This document shows, in pieces, positions 8,197 through 18,601 of a stretch of DNA of 64,000 bases. The notes under the pieces were generated by a model that was given only the letters and a program-made list of their open reading frames with translations, had not been told where the DNA came from and made no database searches. Source of the stretch: an uncultured delta proteobacterium (GTDB taxonomy: Bacteria > Bdellovibrionota > FAC87 > UBA2466); the NCBI GenBank assembly GCA_963778115.1, contig CAVZSV010000004.1:2272001-2336000 (forward strand), given 5' to 3'. The number at the start of each line of letters is the position of its first letter. Position 1 is the first letter of the stretch. The position numbers and the translations under genes are program-made.

Positions 8197-10497
8197 TTGA
8201 TGGAAAGCACGCAAGAAACCAGGGAGAGCCGAAGAAGGAAACGGGAGAAAGTCCTTATCTTTGTCCTATTCTGCGTCCTTGCGATCTTTACCGCGGTCGA
8301 AGTTCATCTACTGCGTTTAAGCAGCAAACTGCCCTTCGTAAACAGCATCTTTTTCTTTGGGCTCATGAATCTCAACATTGTTTTGATCATGCTGCTTTTG
8401 TTTCTGGTGTTTCGAAATGCGGTAAAACTTATTTTGGACGAACGACGCGGTCAATTGGGGTCTCGTCTTAAGACGAGGCTCGTTTTCTGTTTCATGCTCT
8501 TTGCGATCATTCCGACCGTTTTCCTTTTCACTATTTCGGCGTTCTATATCAAAGCCAGTTTCGATAAGTGGTCGAACATCAAAGTAGGAGGAACCCTACA
8601 ACGAAGCATCGAGGTGGTAAGAAACTATTACGATAACACCGAAAGGAATGCCAGCCACTTTGCGCGCAAGATAGCTCTCTCTTTAGAAGGAGTCGAACGG
8701 AATAACGACGTACTTCAAAAGAAACTTCAAGAAGCGCGAATGGAATACGGTCTGGATGCCGTGGAGTACTACGCCGATCCTTTTACCCCCAGAATCCTCT
8801 CCGTCCATCCGGATCGGAGTGACAATATTCCCTCGGCGTCTTTAGAAACGCTGCGCAGACTCTTTTCAGGGACCAACGAATGTAAGGTACAGAACGTGGG
8901 GGCGGGTGAGTTAATTCGCTGCGGCTCTTACTTGGGTGCCGGCAAAGGCGGAATTTTTGCTGACTACTTTATTCCTTTGGGTCTTGCTTCTCAGCTGTCG
9001 GAGATCTCTTTGACCTATGAGGACTATCGAACCGACAACCCTCTCAATTATCCGATTAAATCGACGTATTTTGCTATTCTCTCCATGGTTACGTTGCTCA
9101 TTCTTTTTTCGGCGAGTTGGACGGGTTTTTATGTGGCCCGTCGATTAACAGTCCCGCTCGAAGAGCTGGCTAAGGGGACCGAGCAGATCGCTCACGGCAA
9201 TTTGGATTATCAAATACCGCGATCGGGTAGCGATGAATTGGCCAAACTTATCGAATCTTTCAATAAGATGACCAAAGATCTAAAGAGCAATAAGCAGCAT
9301 ATTGAAGCCAATCACGCGCACTTAAGAAAAATGAACGACGAATTAGATCACCGCCGTCGTTATATAGAAGTGCTTTTGGAAAGTGTCCAGTCCGGTGTCA
9401 TCTCGTTGGATGAACGCGGCCATATCTGGGTTGTGAATCCAGCGGCGAGTAGGCTGCTTCGTTTGGCGCCCACCGATCTTTTGGGAAAGCCCTATTGGGC
9501 TATCATTCCTGAAGAGAATCGCGCCGAGTTTAGGGAAATGTTAATGACGGTTTATGGAACGGCAAAGCCAATTCGTCGGGAGCTTAGGATTCGAACGGAA
9601 AATAATGAGTGGGTAACTTTATTGGTTACTCTGAGTGCTCTTAGAGACGAGCAGAAAAAACAGTTGGGAGTCGTAGGAGTTCTCGACGACGTTACCGAAA
9701 TTCAAAAGATGCAGAGAATGAGTGCGTGGCGTGAGGTGGCCAAAAGAATCGCCCATGAGATCAAAAACCCTCTGACGCCCATTCAGCTTTCCGTTCAAAG
9801 GCTCAGGCGTCGTTATCTCGATAAGATCGCCGACGATGGCACGTTCGATGAAGCCACTCACATCATTTTAAAAGAGGTGGAGTCGCTTCGATTACTGGTG
9901 AGCGAATTCTCTTCCTTTGCAAGGCTTCCTGAGATTCGCCAGGTTCCCGATGATCTCAATGAAGTCTGTTTGGAAGCCTTGAATCTTTTTCGCGCGGCTC
10001 ATGAAAGAATCATGTTTGATATCGATTTGGAGTCGAGCCTTCCGCGTATGGAGTTGGATAGAGGACAGCTTAAGAGAGTTCTCATTAACCTTTTCGACAA
10101 TGCGGTAACGGCGATGCGCGGTGAAGGAACGATTCAAGTCATTACGAAATACGATCGGACTCGGGGGCTTATCCTCTTAAGTGTTACCGACGGAGGAAGC
10201 GGTATCGAGAGCGGGGCGTACGAACAGCTTTTCGAACCCTATTTTTCGACAAAACAAGGCGGTACGGGGCTGGGACTAGCCATCGTCCAGAGAATCGTGA
10301 CCGATCATGGGGCCTTCGTGAGAGTAGTCGCTAACGAGCCGAAAGGGGTACGATTTGTGATAGAGTTTCCCGATAGTCTGGTGGTCGGCGGAAAATCGCG
10401 CGGGACCATAGCAGTTGCCGTCGGGGAGCCGGATCCGCCAGCGGCTGCTGTTCACGGTGGAAACGAAAACGATCCGAAAGAGCACAGGGAGATTTAG
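8197..10497 (+). CDS. ntrY: NtrY-like membrane sensor histidine kinase (HAMP-PAS-HisKA-HATPase)
   Basis: GSRLKTRLV, AWREVAKRIAHEIKNPLTPIQL H-box, GTGLGL G-box. Confidence 0.85.
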   Translation: MMESTQETRESRRRKREKVLIFVLFCVLAIFTAVEVHLLRLSSKLPFVNSIFFFGLMNLNIVLIMLLLFLVFRNAVKLILDERRGQLGSRLKTRLVFCFMLFAIIPTVFLFTISAFYIKASFDKWSNIKVGGTLQRSIEVVRNYYDNTERNASHFARKIALSLEGVERNNDVLQKKLQEARMEYGLDAVEYYADPFTPRILSVHPDRSDNIPSASLETLRRLFSGTNECKVQNVGAGELIRCGSYLGAGKGGIFADYFIPLGLASQLSEISLTYEDYRTDNPLNYPIKSTYFAILSMVTLLILFSASWTGFYVARRLTVPLEELAKGTEQIAHGNLDYQIPRSGSDELAKLIESFNKMTKDLKSNKQHIEANHAHLRKMNDELDHRRRYIEVLLESVQSGVISLDERGHIWVVNPAASRLLRLAPTDLLGKPYWAIIPEENRAEFREMLMTVYGTAKPIRRELRIRTENNEWVTLLVTLSALRDEQKKQLGVVGVLDDVTEIQKMQRMSAWREVAKRIAHEIKNPLTPIQLSVQRLRRRYLDKIADDGTFDEATHIILKEVESLRLLVSEFSSFARLPEIRQVPDDLNEVCLEALNLFRAAHERIMFDIDLESSLPRMELDRGQLKRVLINLFDNAVTAMRGEGTIQVITKYDRTRGLILLSVTDGGSGIESGAYEQLFEPYFSTKQGGTGLGLAIVQRIVTDHGAFVRVVANEPKGVRFVIEFPDSLVVGGKSRGTIAVAVGEPDPPAAAVHGGNENDPKEHREI

Positions 10498-10503
10498 ACG
10501 ATT

Positions 10504-11907
10504 ATGGTGTTGAAGCGGGTCTTATTAATTGATGACGAAGAGAACATTCTCGCCTCTCTCAAAGGGGTGTTGGAGGATGAGGGCTTTGTCGTGGAGACCG
10601 CAAAAAGTGGGGCTTTGGGGCTTCAAATATTGAAGCGTTTTCGCGCGGACGTCATTTTCTTGGATATCTGGATGCCCGAAGAAGATGGCATCTCGGTACT
10701 TCAAAAAATCCGCAGGAACGACAGCCAAGTCAATGTAGTGATGATGTCGGGACATGGCACTGTCGAAACCGCCGTGAAGACGATAAAGCTTGGAGCTTTC
10801 GATTTTCTCGAAAAACCGCTTCACTTTGATAAGGTCTTGCTGCTTCTTAAACACGTCTTTGATCTAAGAGAGTTAGAGAACGAAAATCGCTATCTTCGTG
10901 AGGAACTCCACGAAGAGGAAAAGCTTATCGGTGAAAGTCCGGTCATGGTGAGACTCAAACATCTGATATCGGTTGCGGCACCTTCAAATGGCTGGGTCTT
11001 GCTGACGGGCGAAAACGGAACGGGAAAAGAATTAGTAGCGCGGGCTTTGCACCACGGGAGTCCGAGATCCCGCGAGCGCTTTGTTGCCGTCAATTGTGCC
11101 GCGATTCCTGATGAGTTGATCGAAAGCGAACTTTTCGGACATGAAAAGGGCTCTTTTACCGGGGCGCATGACCGTAAGATCGGGAAATTTGAACAAGCTC
11201 ACGGAGGAACCCTCTTTCTGGATGAAGTGGGGGACATGGGGCTTAAGATGCAGGCTAAGATTCTTAGAGCTCTTCAAGAAAGCAGTGTCCAGCGTGTAGG
11301 CGGGGACGAACCCATTGAACTCGATCTGAGGGTAATCGCCGCGACCAACAAAGATCTCAGAAAGAGTATTAAGAACGGCGAATTTCGGGAAGATCTGTAC
11401 TTTCGTCTCAACGTAATTCCCATTGTGGTCCCGCCCTTACGTAGCCGGAAAGAAGATGTCGCGGGCCTTGTGGATCATTTCATGCGGCGTTACTCAGCCG
11501 GTAAGACCAGACGTGTCACTGAACCGACCCTTCGCCTTTTGCAAAGTTATCCTTGGCCGGGTAATGTTCGAGAGTTGAAGAACTGGGTGGAGAGAGCGTG
11601 TTTACTTTCTAACTCGGACGTCATCGAGCCTTTAGGATTAGATCCTCTGGACACCCTTGAGGGTGATATGGGCCATGCAGAAGCCGGCCAAGGTGAGATG
11701 TCGGGTGTCGGCGCCTCCGGAGACGTTTTTGGATTTGCAGAGAAAAGTTTGCGGAGCGCGCGGGCCGTTTTCGAAAAGCAATTCATTATGAGAATGCTGG
11801 CCGAAAACGGAGGCAACATCTCAAGGACGGCACAGACCATCGGAGTCGAACGGAGCCATCTTCACAAGAAGATGAAACTTTACGGCATCGAGATATCGGG
11901 AAACTAA
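10504..11907 (+). CDS. ntrX: NtrX-like sigma54-interacting response regulator (REC-AAA+-HTH)
   Basis: LDIWMP receiver, GENGTGKE Walker [25 protein letters not shown]-terminal [11 protein letters not shown]. Confidence 0.85.
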   Translation: MVLKRVLLIDDEENILASLKGVLEDEGFVVETAKSGALGLQILKRFRADVIFLDIWMPEEDGISVLQKIRRNDSQVNVVMMSGHGTVETAVKTIKLGAFDFLEKPLHFDKVLLLLKHVFDLRELENENRYLREELHEEEKLIGESPVMVRLKHLISVAAPSNGWVLLTGENGTGKELVARALHHGSPRSRERFVAVNCAAIPDELIESELFGHEKGSFTGAHDRKIGKFEQAHGGTLFLDEVGDMGLKMQAKILRALQESSVQRVGGDEPIELDLRVIAATNKDLRKSIKNGEFREDLYFRLNVIPIVVPPLRSRKEDVAGLVDHFMRRYSAGKTRRVTEPTLRLLQSYPWPGNVRELKNWVERACLLSNSDVIEPLGLDPLDTLEGDMGHAEAGQGEMSGVGASGDVFGFAEKSLRSARAVFEKQFIMRMLAENGGNISRTAQTIGVERSHLHKKMKLYGIEISGN

Positions 11908-11908
11908 A

Positions 11909-12982
11909 ATGTTAGCTTTTAACGGAAATAAAGTACGTCGTCGAAAAACGCGCGAGATTACGGTGGGGCCCGTAAAACTGGGTGGGAATAATCCCATTCG
12001 AGTGCAGTCCATGACGACACCCAAGACCGTCGACGTTGATGAGGTCGTAAAACAGACCTTGGCTTTGGAAGCCGCCGGATGCGAGATTATCAGAATTACC
12101 GTTAACGAGACAGAGGCGGCCGAAGCGCTTCCTCGTATCTTGGAGAGGATCCACATTCCGGTCGTCGCGGATGTCCACTTTGATTACAAAATGGCGATGG
12201 AATCGCTGGACCACGGCATTGGCTGTGTCAGAATCAATCCGGGAAATATCGGAGCGGAGTGGAAGACTCTTGAAGTCATCAAGAAGGCCAAGGACCGCGG
12301 AGTTAGCATCCGTATTGGGGTGAATGCCGGCTCACTCGAGAAGGCGCTTCTCAAGAAATATGGGCATCCGACTCCAGAGGCTTTGGTGGAGAGTGCGCTT
12401 TCTCATATTGCCCTTTTGGAGAAAAACGATTTCTATAATTTCAAAGTGTCCATCAAGTCGTCTGATGTGATTTCTAACTACCAGGCCTACGCTTTACTTT
12501 CCGAACACACGGAAGCGCCGCTTCATGTAGGGGTCACCGAAGCGGGTACGAAGAATTACGGGACGGTGAAATCAGCCGTAGGTATTGGCAGTCTATTGCT
12601 TGCCGGAATCGGCGACACCATTCGAGTTTCGCTAAGTACCGACCCCGTCGAAGAGGCTAAAGCCGGGGTGTTTATTCTTAAATCGCTGGGTCTCAAAGAC
12701 GACGCCCCGGAGATTATTGCATGTCCCAGCTGCGGACGCGCCGATATCGATGTCTATAAGCTGGCCGAAGAGGTCGAGCGTCGGGCGTTGGGATTGAAGA
12801 AAAATATTAAGATCGCCGTCATGGGATGTGTGGTCAACGGGCCCGGAGAATCCATGGAAGCCGACATTGGAATTGCCGGCGGCAAAGGTGAAGGGCTCGT
12901 CTACAAGAAAGGTAAAGCGATCAAGAAAGTACCCGAAAGCGAAATGCTTGCCTACCTAATGAGCGAAATCGAAAGAATGTAA
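11909..12982 (+). CDS. ispG: 4-hydroxy-3-methylbut-2-en-1-yl diphosphate synthase
   Basis: VQSMT, RINPGNIG, RIGVNAGSL, GDTIRVSL, CPSCGR, MGCVVNGPGE. Confidence 0.97.
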   Translation: MLAFNGNKVRRRKTREITVGPVKLGGNNPIRVQSMTTPKTVDVDEVVKQTLALEAAGCEIIRITVNETEAAEALPRILERIHIPVVADVHFDYKMAMESLDHGIGCVRINPGNIGAEWKTLEVIKKAKDRGVSIRIGVNAGSLEKALLKKYGHPTPEALVESALSHIALLEKNDFYNFKVSIKSSDVISNYQAYALLSEHTEAPLHVGVTEAGTKNYGTVKSAVGIGSLLLAGIGDTIRVSLSTDPVEEAKAGVFILKSLGLKDDAPEIIACPSCGRADIDVYKLAEEVERRALGLKKNIKIAVMGCVVNGPGESMEADIGIAGGKGEGLVYKKGKAIKKVPESEMLAYLMSEIERM

Positions 12983-12989
12983 CTTCGTT

Positions 12990-13700
12990 CTAGCAGCCCG
13001 TACTGACGCCACAGATATCGATGCCGTAATCGCGAATGACCTGGTTGAACAGATCCTGACTCTCGTCAGAGTCCGTACGTATGAAGTGGTTGGTTCCCGT
13101 CACAGGTTGTGTTCCTACTCCGAGTACCGTTATGGTGCGGTCCGAGGAATTAAACGCGGGACTTCCCGAATCTCCTTGGGCGAGCGAAGGTCCGCTCGGA
13201 GAAGAGATAAGTTCCATCGCCGTCACTTGCGTCACCGTGGACTGTCCTTCGGAAAGGATTACTTTGCTGTCGTGGGTGAAATCGTTCTGCCCATAACCCA
13301 GAAAGGTGATGGAGTCTCCCACTTGAGCGCTTCCTCCGACGTTAACGCCTCTGATAGGAACTACGTCATCGAAAATGACAGCCACCGCGAGATCGTGTCC
13401 AAGAGTATTGACGTAAGGGCTGATTACCCCCAATGCGCTATAGGTTCTTCCCTCCATTTGGAAAGTGACCAGAGGATCTTTTGCGTTAACACAGTGTGCA
13501 GTCATCAGTACCGCGCGCGGACCGATGATGGTCCCGGTACAACTGGATGTTCCGCTAGTGAGTTGAATAACTTCGGGATATAGAGCTGCGTTGACAGGTT
13601 CTCCCCCTAGTACGTGAGTGGAAATGGGGGTGGCTGAAAGGGAACTGACCCACAAAAACAGAAAAACAGGGCACAGCTTTCCAAATCGTTTGATTGGCAT
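12990..13700 (-). CDS. Secreted trypsin-like (S1) serine protease
   Basis: Signal peptide; CTGT...TAHC (His), HDLAV (Asp), GDSGSP (Ser). Confidence 0.88.
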   Translation of the reverse strand: MPIKRFGKLCPVFLFLWVSSLSATPISTHVLGGEPVNAALYPEVIQLTSGTSSCTGTIIGPRAVLMTAHCVNAKDPLVTFQMEGRTYSALGVISPYVNTLGHDLAVAVIFDDVVPIRGVNVGGSAQVGDSITFLGYGQNDFTHDSKVILSEGQSTVTQVTAMELISSPSGPSLAQGDSGSPAFNSSDRTITVLGVGTQPVTGTNHFIRTDSDESQDLFNQVIRDYGIDICGVSTGC

Positions 13701-13880
13701 GGAAGGCCTCCGCTGGGAAGTTGGGATTAGTAAGGCATGAATCTAAAGACTGTATTTAGTCTAGCACCGAGAGCCGCGCCCAACAAGCGGGTTGCGCCAA
13801 AAAGGGCTCGGGAGCCTTGAACCAACTCGTTTTTGCAAATCCGCTTTTTTGGCAGCTTCTTTTAAGATAGGCTGCCCTTC

Positions 13881-15308
13881 ATGACTAGCCGTATTACAGC
13901 GCGCTCCAAAGATTTCAATGAGTGGTATACCGACGTTATCAACCACGCGAAGTTAGCTGATTACAGTCCGGTAAGAGGTTGTTTGGTCCTTAGACCGAAC
14001 GGATATGCGCTCTGGGAAATTGTCCAAAACGATCTCAATCGAAGATTTAAAGCTACGGGCCATCGGAACGCTTACTTTCCCATGTTCATTCCGGAAAGTT
14101 TTCTGAAAAAAGAAAAAGATCATGTGGAGGGTTTTGCTCCTCAGTGTGCTGTCGTTACCCATGGGGGAGGAAAAAAGTTAGAAGAGCCCTTAATCGTGCG
14201 CCCTACTTCGGAGACGATCATAAATGCGATGTATTCGAAGTGGGTCCAAAGCTATCGAGATCTTCCTATCTTGATTAACCAATGGGCGAATGTCGTTCGC
14301 TGGGAAATGCGAACTCGCCCCTTCTTGCGAACGATGGAATTTTTGTGGCAGGAAGGGCACACCTGCCATGAGACCGAAGAGGAAGCGAAACGAGAGACTT
14401 TGAAGATGCTCGACATTTACCAAACTTTCTTGCGAGAGATCTTTGCCATTCCTGTGGTGCCGGGGCAAAAGAGTGAATCCGAAAAATTCGCCGGGGCCCT
14501 GCAAACCTATTGTGTAGAAGCGATGATGCAGGACAAAAAAGCGCTTCAAGCAGCGACGTCACACTATTTTGGAACACGATTCGCGGAAGTATTTGATATC
14601 AAGTTTCAGGATAGAAACGGCCAAAACCAATTTGTACACCAAACCAGTTGGGGTATTTCAACCAGGATTATCGGCGCTCTCATTATGACACATAGTGACG
14701 ATCAAGGGCTGGTGCTCCCCCCGAAAGCCGCCCCCATCCCGGTAGTGATTGTTCCCATTATCAGTAAGGGGAAAGACAACGCCCCCGTTCTTGAAGTGGC
14801 TCGAAAGTTTGCCAAGGAGATTGGAAAGGTTGTCCCTGTTCATCTCGACGATCGAGAAGAACATAGTGCGGGTTATAAGTTTAATGAATGGGAGGTACAG
14901 GGAATTCCGGTACGATTGGAAATCGGCCCCCGAGATCTGGCCGATAACGCCTGCGTCATCGCCCGTAGAGACGGAATAAAGACCAAGGTAAAGCTGGATG
15001 AAGCGGTAGCTTCGGTTCATCGTACGCTAGAAGAATTCCAAATAGCCCTTTACGAAAAGGCCCGCAAATTTCTGGAAAGTAACACTTTCCTAGAAAATGA
15101 CTGGGATAAGTTTAAGGAGCGGGTCGAAGCCGAAGGTGGTTTTTACCAAATGCATTGGTGCGGGGGGGCCGATTGCGAAAATAAGGTAAAAGAGCAGACC
15201 AAAGCGACCATTCGTTGCCTTCCCTTTCAGCAGATAAGAGAAAATTCGACCTGTATTTACTGTAAGGCTCCTTCTACGGGGCGCGTTATTTTCGCCCGAA
15301 GTTACTAG
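13881..15308 (+). CDS. proS: Proline--tRNA ligase, archaeal/eukaryote-like type
   Basis: RPTSET, NQWANVVRWE, EFLWQEGHT, C-terminal ATIRC and FARSY; no bacterial-type editing insertion (475 aa). Confidence 0.96.
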   Translation: MTSRITARSKDFNEWYTDVINHAKLADYSPVRGCLVLRPNGYALWEIVQNDLNRRFKATGHRNAYFPMFIPESFLKKEKDHVEGFAPQCAVVTHGGGKKLEEPLIVRPTSETIINAMYSKWVQSYRDLPILINQWANVVRWEMRTRPFLRTMEFLWQEGHTCHETEEEAKRETLKMLDIYQTFLREIFAIPVVPGQKSESEKFAGALQTYCVEAMMQDKKALQAATSHYFGTRFAEVFDIKFQDRNGQNQFVHQTSWGISTRIIGALIMTHSDDQGLVLPPKAAPIPVVIVPIISKGKDNAPVLEVARKFAKEIGKVVPVHLDDREEHSAGYKFNEWEVQGIPVRLEIGPRDLADNACVIARRDGIKTKVKLDEAVASVHRTLEEFQIALYEKARKFLESNTFLENDWDKFKERVEAEGGFYQMHWCGGADCENKVKEQTKATIRCLPFQQIRENSTCIYCKAPSTGRVIFARSY

Positions 15309-15372
15309 TGCAAACCTCAAAAATGAAATTGCTGCTCTAGTTCTTTGTCCGCTCGTCAGGTACACTTAGGGT

Positions 15373-16308
15373 GTGTCCCCCCTAAACTTAACTTCACGTC
15401 AATTGCAGGCGCCCCTCTTTGTCCGAGGGAAGATCTATCTGTTGATTACCGTTTTAATGACGGTTGGGATTTCTAGCGTTCACGCGGAACTCACAGCGAC
15501 GGACCCGAATGCGGTCCCGGCGATTCCTCAGGCAGCAACGGATCCGGCAGCAGCCACCGCTCCAGCGGCTACTGCAGCCCCTGCGGCAGCTGCTCAACCG
15601 GCGGCCGCCGCTCCGGTTGCCGCTGCAGCAACCGCTTCACCAGCACCGGCGTCGACTCCTGCGCCAGCGGCCACCGCGAGTGACAATAAGTCCAGTGACG
15701 AAAAGGCCAAGACCGAAGGGACCAACGAAGACACTCCCGAATTTGATTTCGAAAATGAAAAAGCATTTATGGACGTTCCGGATGCTCTACGAAGCAGACA
15801 ATTCGTTCATCGTGCGATTCTTTCCACGATCATTCGAGACACCTCCAAAGTCGCTTTAGGAAATTACTATTTTAGCCCGATGCTTGGGTTCGATGCGATC
15901 TACCAGCCGGCAAATCGCGGTGGGGACTCGTTCGCAAAATATGTAACCGGAATTTTCGGACTAGGATTTGGATATGCGGGAAAGACGGGGAATACCTATG
16001 AATTGGATTGGGACATTTCGGGGGTGAGTAACCTCTCGCTCTCTTACCGAAAGCTTTTCCGATCGGATACGGTTACGTTCTGGCCATTTTTGGGTGGCGG
16101 TGTGGGAACCCAATTTTCAGTCATTAATCTATCGGGAGTTCCCGTTGAAGCTCGCGTATACGAGGGGAGCACCAAAATGGTTTTCGCTCTTCTGGGCGCT
16201 GTGATTCCCTTGGTCGACGTTGCCATTAAAGTGGAAACAAGATTTTGCTTTTATGGATTGGATCGCTTGATGCTAACTACGGGCATCGGAGCGGTGTTTT
16301 TCTTGTAG
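15373..16308 (+). CDS. Hypothetical exported protein: Ala/Pro-rich stalk plus C-terminal beta-barrel-like domain
   Basis: Signal-like hydrophobic segment, about 60 aa Ala/Pro/Thr tract, alternating hydrophobic strands ending GAVFFL. Confidence 0.6.
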   Translation: MSPLNLTSRQLQAPLFVRGKIYLLITVLMTVGISSVHAELTATDPNAVPAIPQAATDPAAATAPAATAAPAAAAQPAAAAPVAAAATASPAPASTPAPAATASDNKSSDEKAKTEGTNEDTPEFDFENEKAFMDVPDALRSRQFVHRAILSTIIRDTSKVALGNYYFSPMLGFDAIYQPANRGGDSFAKYVTGIFGLGFGYAGKTGNTYELDWDISGVSNLSLSYRKLFRSDTVTFWPFLGGGVGTQFSVINLSGVPVEARVYEGSTKMVFALLGAVIPLVDVAIKVETRFCFYGLDRLMLTTGIGAVFFL

Positions 16309-16368
16309 TTAAGACCTAAACCTCGCAAAAACCAGACCTAGCACTAGCGTTATTATCTAGATCTGCCT

Positions 16369-17733
16369 TTAGAACAGGATAAACAATCCCGGCATGACAC
16401 TGAAGATAAGTCCCGGTCCGACAAAGACTCGGCTTTCGAGTTTGAAGTGGACTTCGACGATAGGGAATGAAAACGATCCGCTCAGCGCCACGTAACTACC
16501 CCCTTTACCCTGACTATAGGTCTCGTCCCAATTTAGCGTGTGAACGTTACTGAGACTGGCGAGTCCTATGCCGGCAGCGATGTGATAGGGGCTGTCTCTA
16601 TCGTCGACGAGATACTTCAGCGACAGCAATTTTGCGTCATAAGCGAAGAAATCAAGAGCCCCCTCCACATAGATCTGACCCGCAATCCGCCTCCCCAATT
16701 CCACTTCCATAATATTGGATTCCCAGCTCTTCCCCCCGCCAGACATAAGGGCCGCACCCACCGAAACCGAGGTGTACCAATTAGAAAGTAACTCACGATT
16801 GATAACGTGCAGGTTCTGATCGCTTGCGATCCATCGAGGAACTTCAGTGCTTAGTAACGAATGGACCTCTTCCCGAGGCAGCTCGTAATATTGGTCTTGC
16901 ATGTAAGCGTAAAGAGTTCGGCGGACGATCGCTTTGGTAAACTCTTCTACCACAGGCTTTGTTAACTGATATTGGACCCCTTCAGGTAAGACTTCCGAAT
17001 GGGCGTAAATATTGTAGGGTGTTCGTTTATCGAAGAGAAACATGTCGAAATTTGTTGGCTTTAGTACGCAAACTATGACCACACTGACCTTAAATTTGAT
17101 GATGATCCTTCTAAACTCCTCTAAGGTAAGGCTCCCGGGAGCGTACTTGATGGTTCTTAAATCAAATTTTCCATAGCGATTGATCGTCGAGACAATATTT
17201 TCAACTGCTAAGTCCGCATAGTTCAAAGTGGTGTAGTCGAGAGGGGTCAGAATGGCGATAGGTATCGGATTTCCGTCCTTGTCCGAGAGCTTCTTAATGA
17301 GGCGAGCGATTCCGGTCTTGCGTTGGTTTCGTTCTGCCGTCGTAATTCCGTTTCCCTCCGCGGGCTCGCGATCATCAGATTCGGCGTCGGGGTTTGCAGA
17401 ATCGCCGGAATTTGCCGCGGCACCTTCGGTAGCCGCGGTTGCGGGAGCTGCAGCGTCTGCGGGGGGAGTTGCGGGTGTTTCTGAGGTTGCGGGGGCGGCG
17501 CCACCGGCTGTGGGAGTCGCAGCTGCTGCTGCGTCCGCAGGAGCGGCAACTGCTGCAGCAGGAGGAGAGCCGGGCTGCGCTTGAGCTGGATCCGTAGGCG
17601 CGCCTGTCGGAGCCACTGCTGGAGCTGCGGTGGGCTGAGTCGCAGGAGTGGCTGGATCCGTTGCGGGCGCTTCCGCATAAACCGGTATCCCGATGCTTAG
17701 TGCTAGGATGAAAATGTAAGGAACTAGCTTCAA
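16369..17733 (-). CDS. Hypothetical exported protein: Ala/Pro-rich stalk, middle domain, C-terminal beta-barrel-like domain
   Basis: Signal peptide, about 90 aa Ala/Pro/Thr tract, amphipathic strands, terminal Phe. Confidence 0.6.
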   Translation of the reverse strand: MKLVPYIFILALSIGIPVYAEAPATDPATPATQPTAAPAVAPTGAPTDPAQAQPGSPPAAAVAAPADAAAAATPTAGGAAPATSETPATPPADAAAPATAATEGAAANSGDSANPDAESDDREPAEGNGITTAERNQRKTGIARLIKKLSDKDGNPIPIAILTPLDYTTLNYADLAVENIVSTINRYGKFDLRTIKYAPGSLTLEEFRRIIIKFKVSVVIVCVLKPTNFDMFLFDKRTPYNIYAHSEVLPEGVQYQLTKPVVEEFTKAIVRRTLYAYMQDQYYELPREEVHSLLSTEVPRWIASDQNLHVINRELLSNWYTSVSVGAALMSGGGKSWESNIMEVELGRRIAGQIYVEGALDFFAYDAKLLSLKYLVDDRDSPYHIAAGIGLASLSNVHTLNWDETYSQGKGGSYVALSGSFSFPIVEVHFKLESRVFVGPGLIFSVMPGLFILF

Positions 17734-17875
17734 GTTTGTTCCGTCAAACCCAGACAGGTTAGGCCAAAAATGTTCTGGTCTTCTCCGTAATACTCTTCGG
17801 CATTGTTTCGAAATCTCCTAAATTCAAAACGTGCCGGACTGGCTTGATTTTCCTTAGTTGTGATACGGTAGGCTT

Positions 17876-18589
17876 ATGCAGGGCGGTAAAAAGCCATTTT
17901 TTATCCAATTCGCGACTCTCGAGTTTGAGAGTCTTTCCGATGAAGCATTGAAAACTCGCGCCCAGAAGATAGTTCCCGCAGGCAAATTGGATCGTCCTGG
18001 CCATAGTGTAGAAAGGCGGAGGTCCTACTGGGCAGGACGCGCCGCGGCGGGCTATCTTTTGGAATCGGTCTTGGTTTCCGCTTCTGGTAATGCGACCATC
18101 TTGCCTAACGCCGAATGGGGCTATCTTCGGGTGTGGCAAAATGGCAGAGAAGCACCTTGTCACGTTAATATCTCACATACGAAACGGATCGCTGCGGCCG
18201 TGGTGGGGCCGACACCGATTGGCATAGATATCGAAGCTATCGATCGTGACGCTTCGAGAGTTCTTGCGCGCGCGGCTAGCGAAGAGGAACGAAAAAAACT
18301 GCCTCCTCAAATCGTGGTCGGAAAAAGAGCGATTGCTGCCCCGGTAGCGTTATGGAGCGCCAAAGAGGCCGTCTCCAAGGCCTTGGGTTTGGGGATAAAA
18401 TTTGGGCTGCAACATCTAGTGGTGGATTTCTCAGTGGGGCCCCCGTATCCCGTGGAACCCCAGATTAGCGGCCCTTTGAAGGTTTCCTCTCCGGCGGTCC
18501 TCTTTTTTCTGCGCGGAAATATCCTTATTTCCCTTTGCTCCGATCGAAAAACCTTATCGAACGGAGTTCACGATGCGGGCTCGTCGTGA
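17876..18589 (+). CDS. Sfp-type 4'-phosphopantetheinyl transferase
   Basis: NISHT, IGIDIE, WSAKEAVSKALGLG motifs. Confidence 0.9.
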   Translation: MQGGKKPFFIQFATLEFESLSDEALKTRAQKIVPAGKLDRPGHSVERRRSYWAGRAAAGYLLESVLVSASGNATILPNAEWGYLRVWQNGREAPCHVNISHTKRIAAAVVGPTPIGIDIEAIDRDASRVLARAASEEERKKLPPQIVVGKRAIAAPVALWSAKEAVSKALGLGIKFGLQHLVVDFSVGPPYPVEPQISGPLKVSSPAVLFFLRGNILISLCSDRKTLSNGVHDAGSS

Positions 18590-18601
18590 TTTAATCAACG
18601 A

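Noticed and set aside
15500..17680. GCA/GCT/CCG-rich tracts as tandem DNA repeats or an array
   Set aside because: They encode Ala/Pro low-complexity linkers with varied codons; no fixed repeat-spacer period
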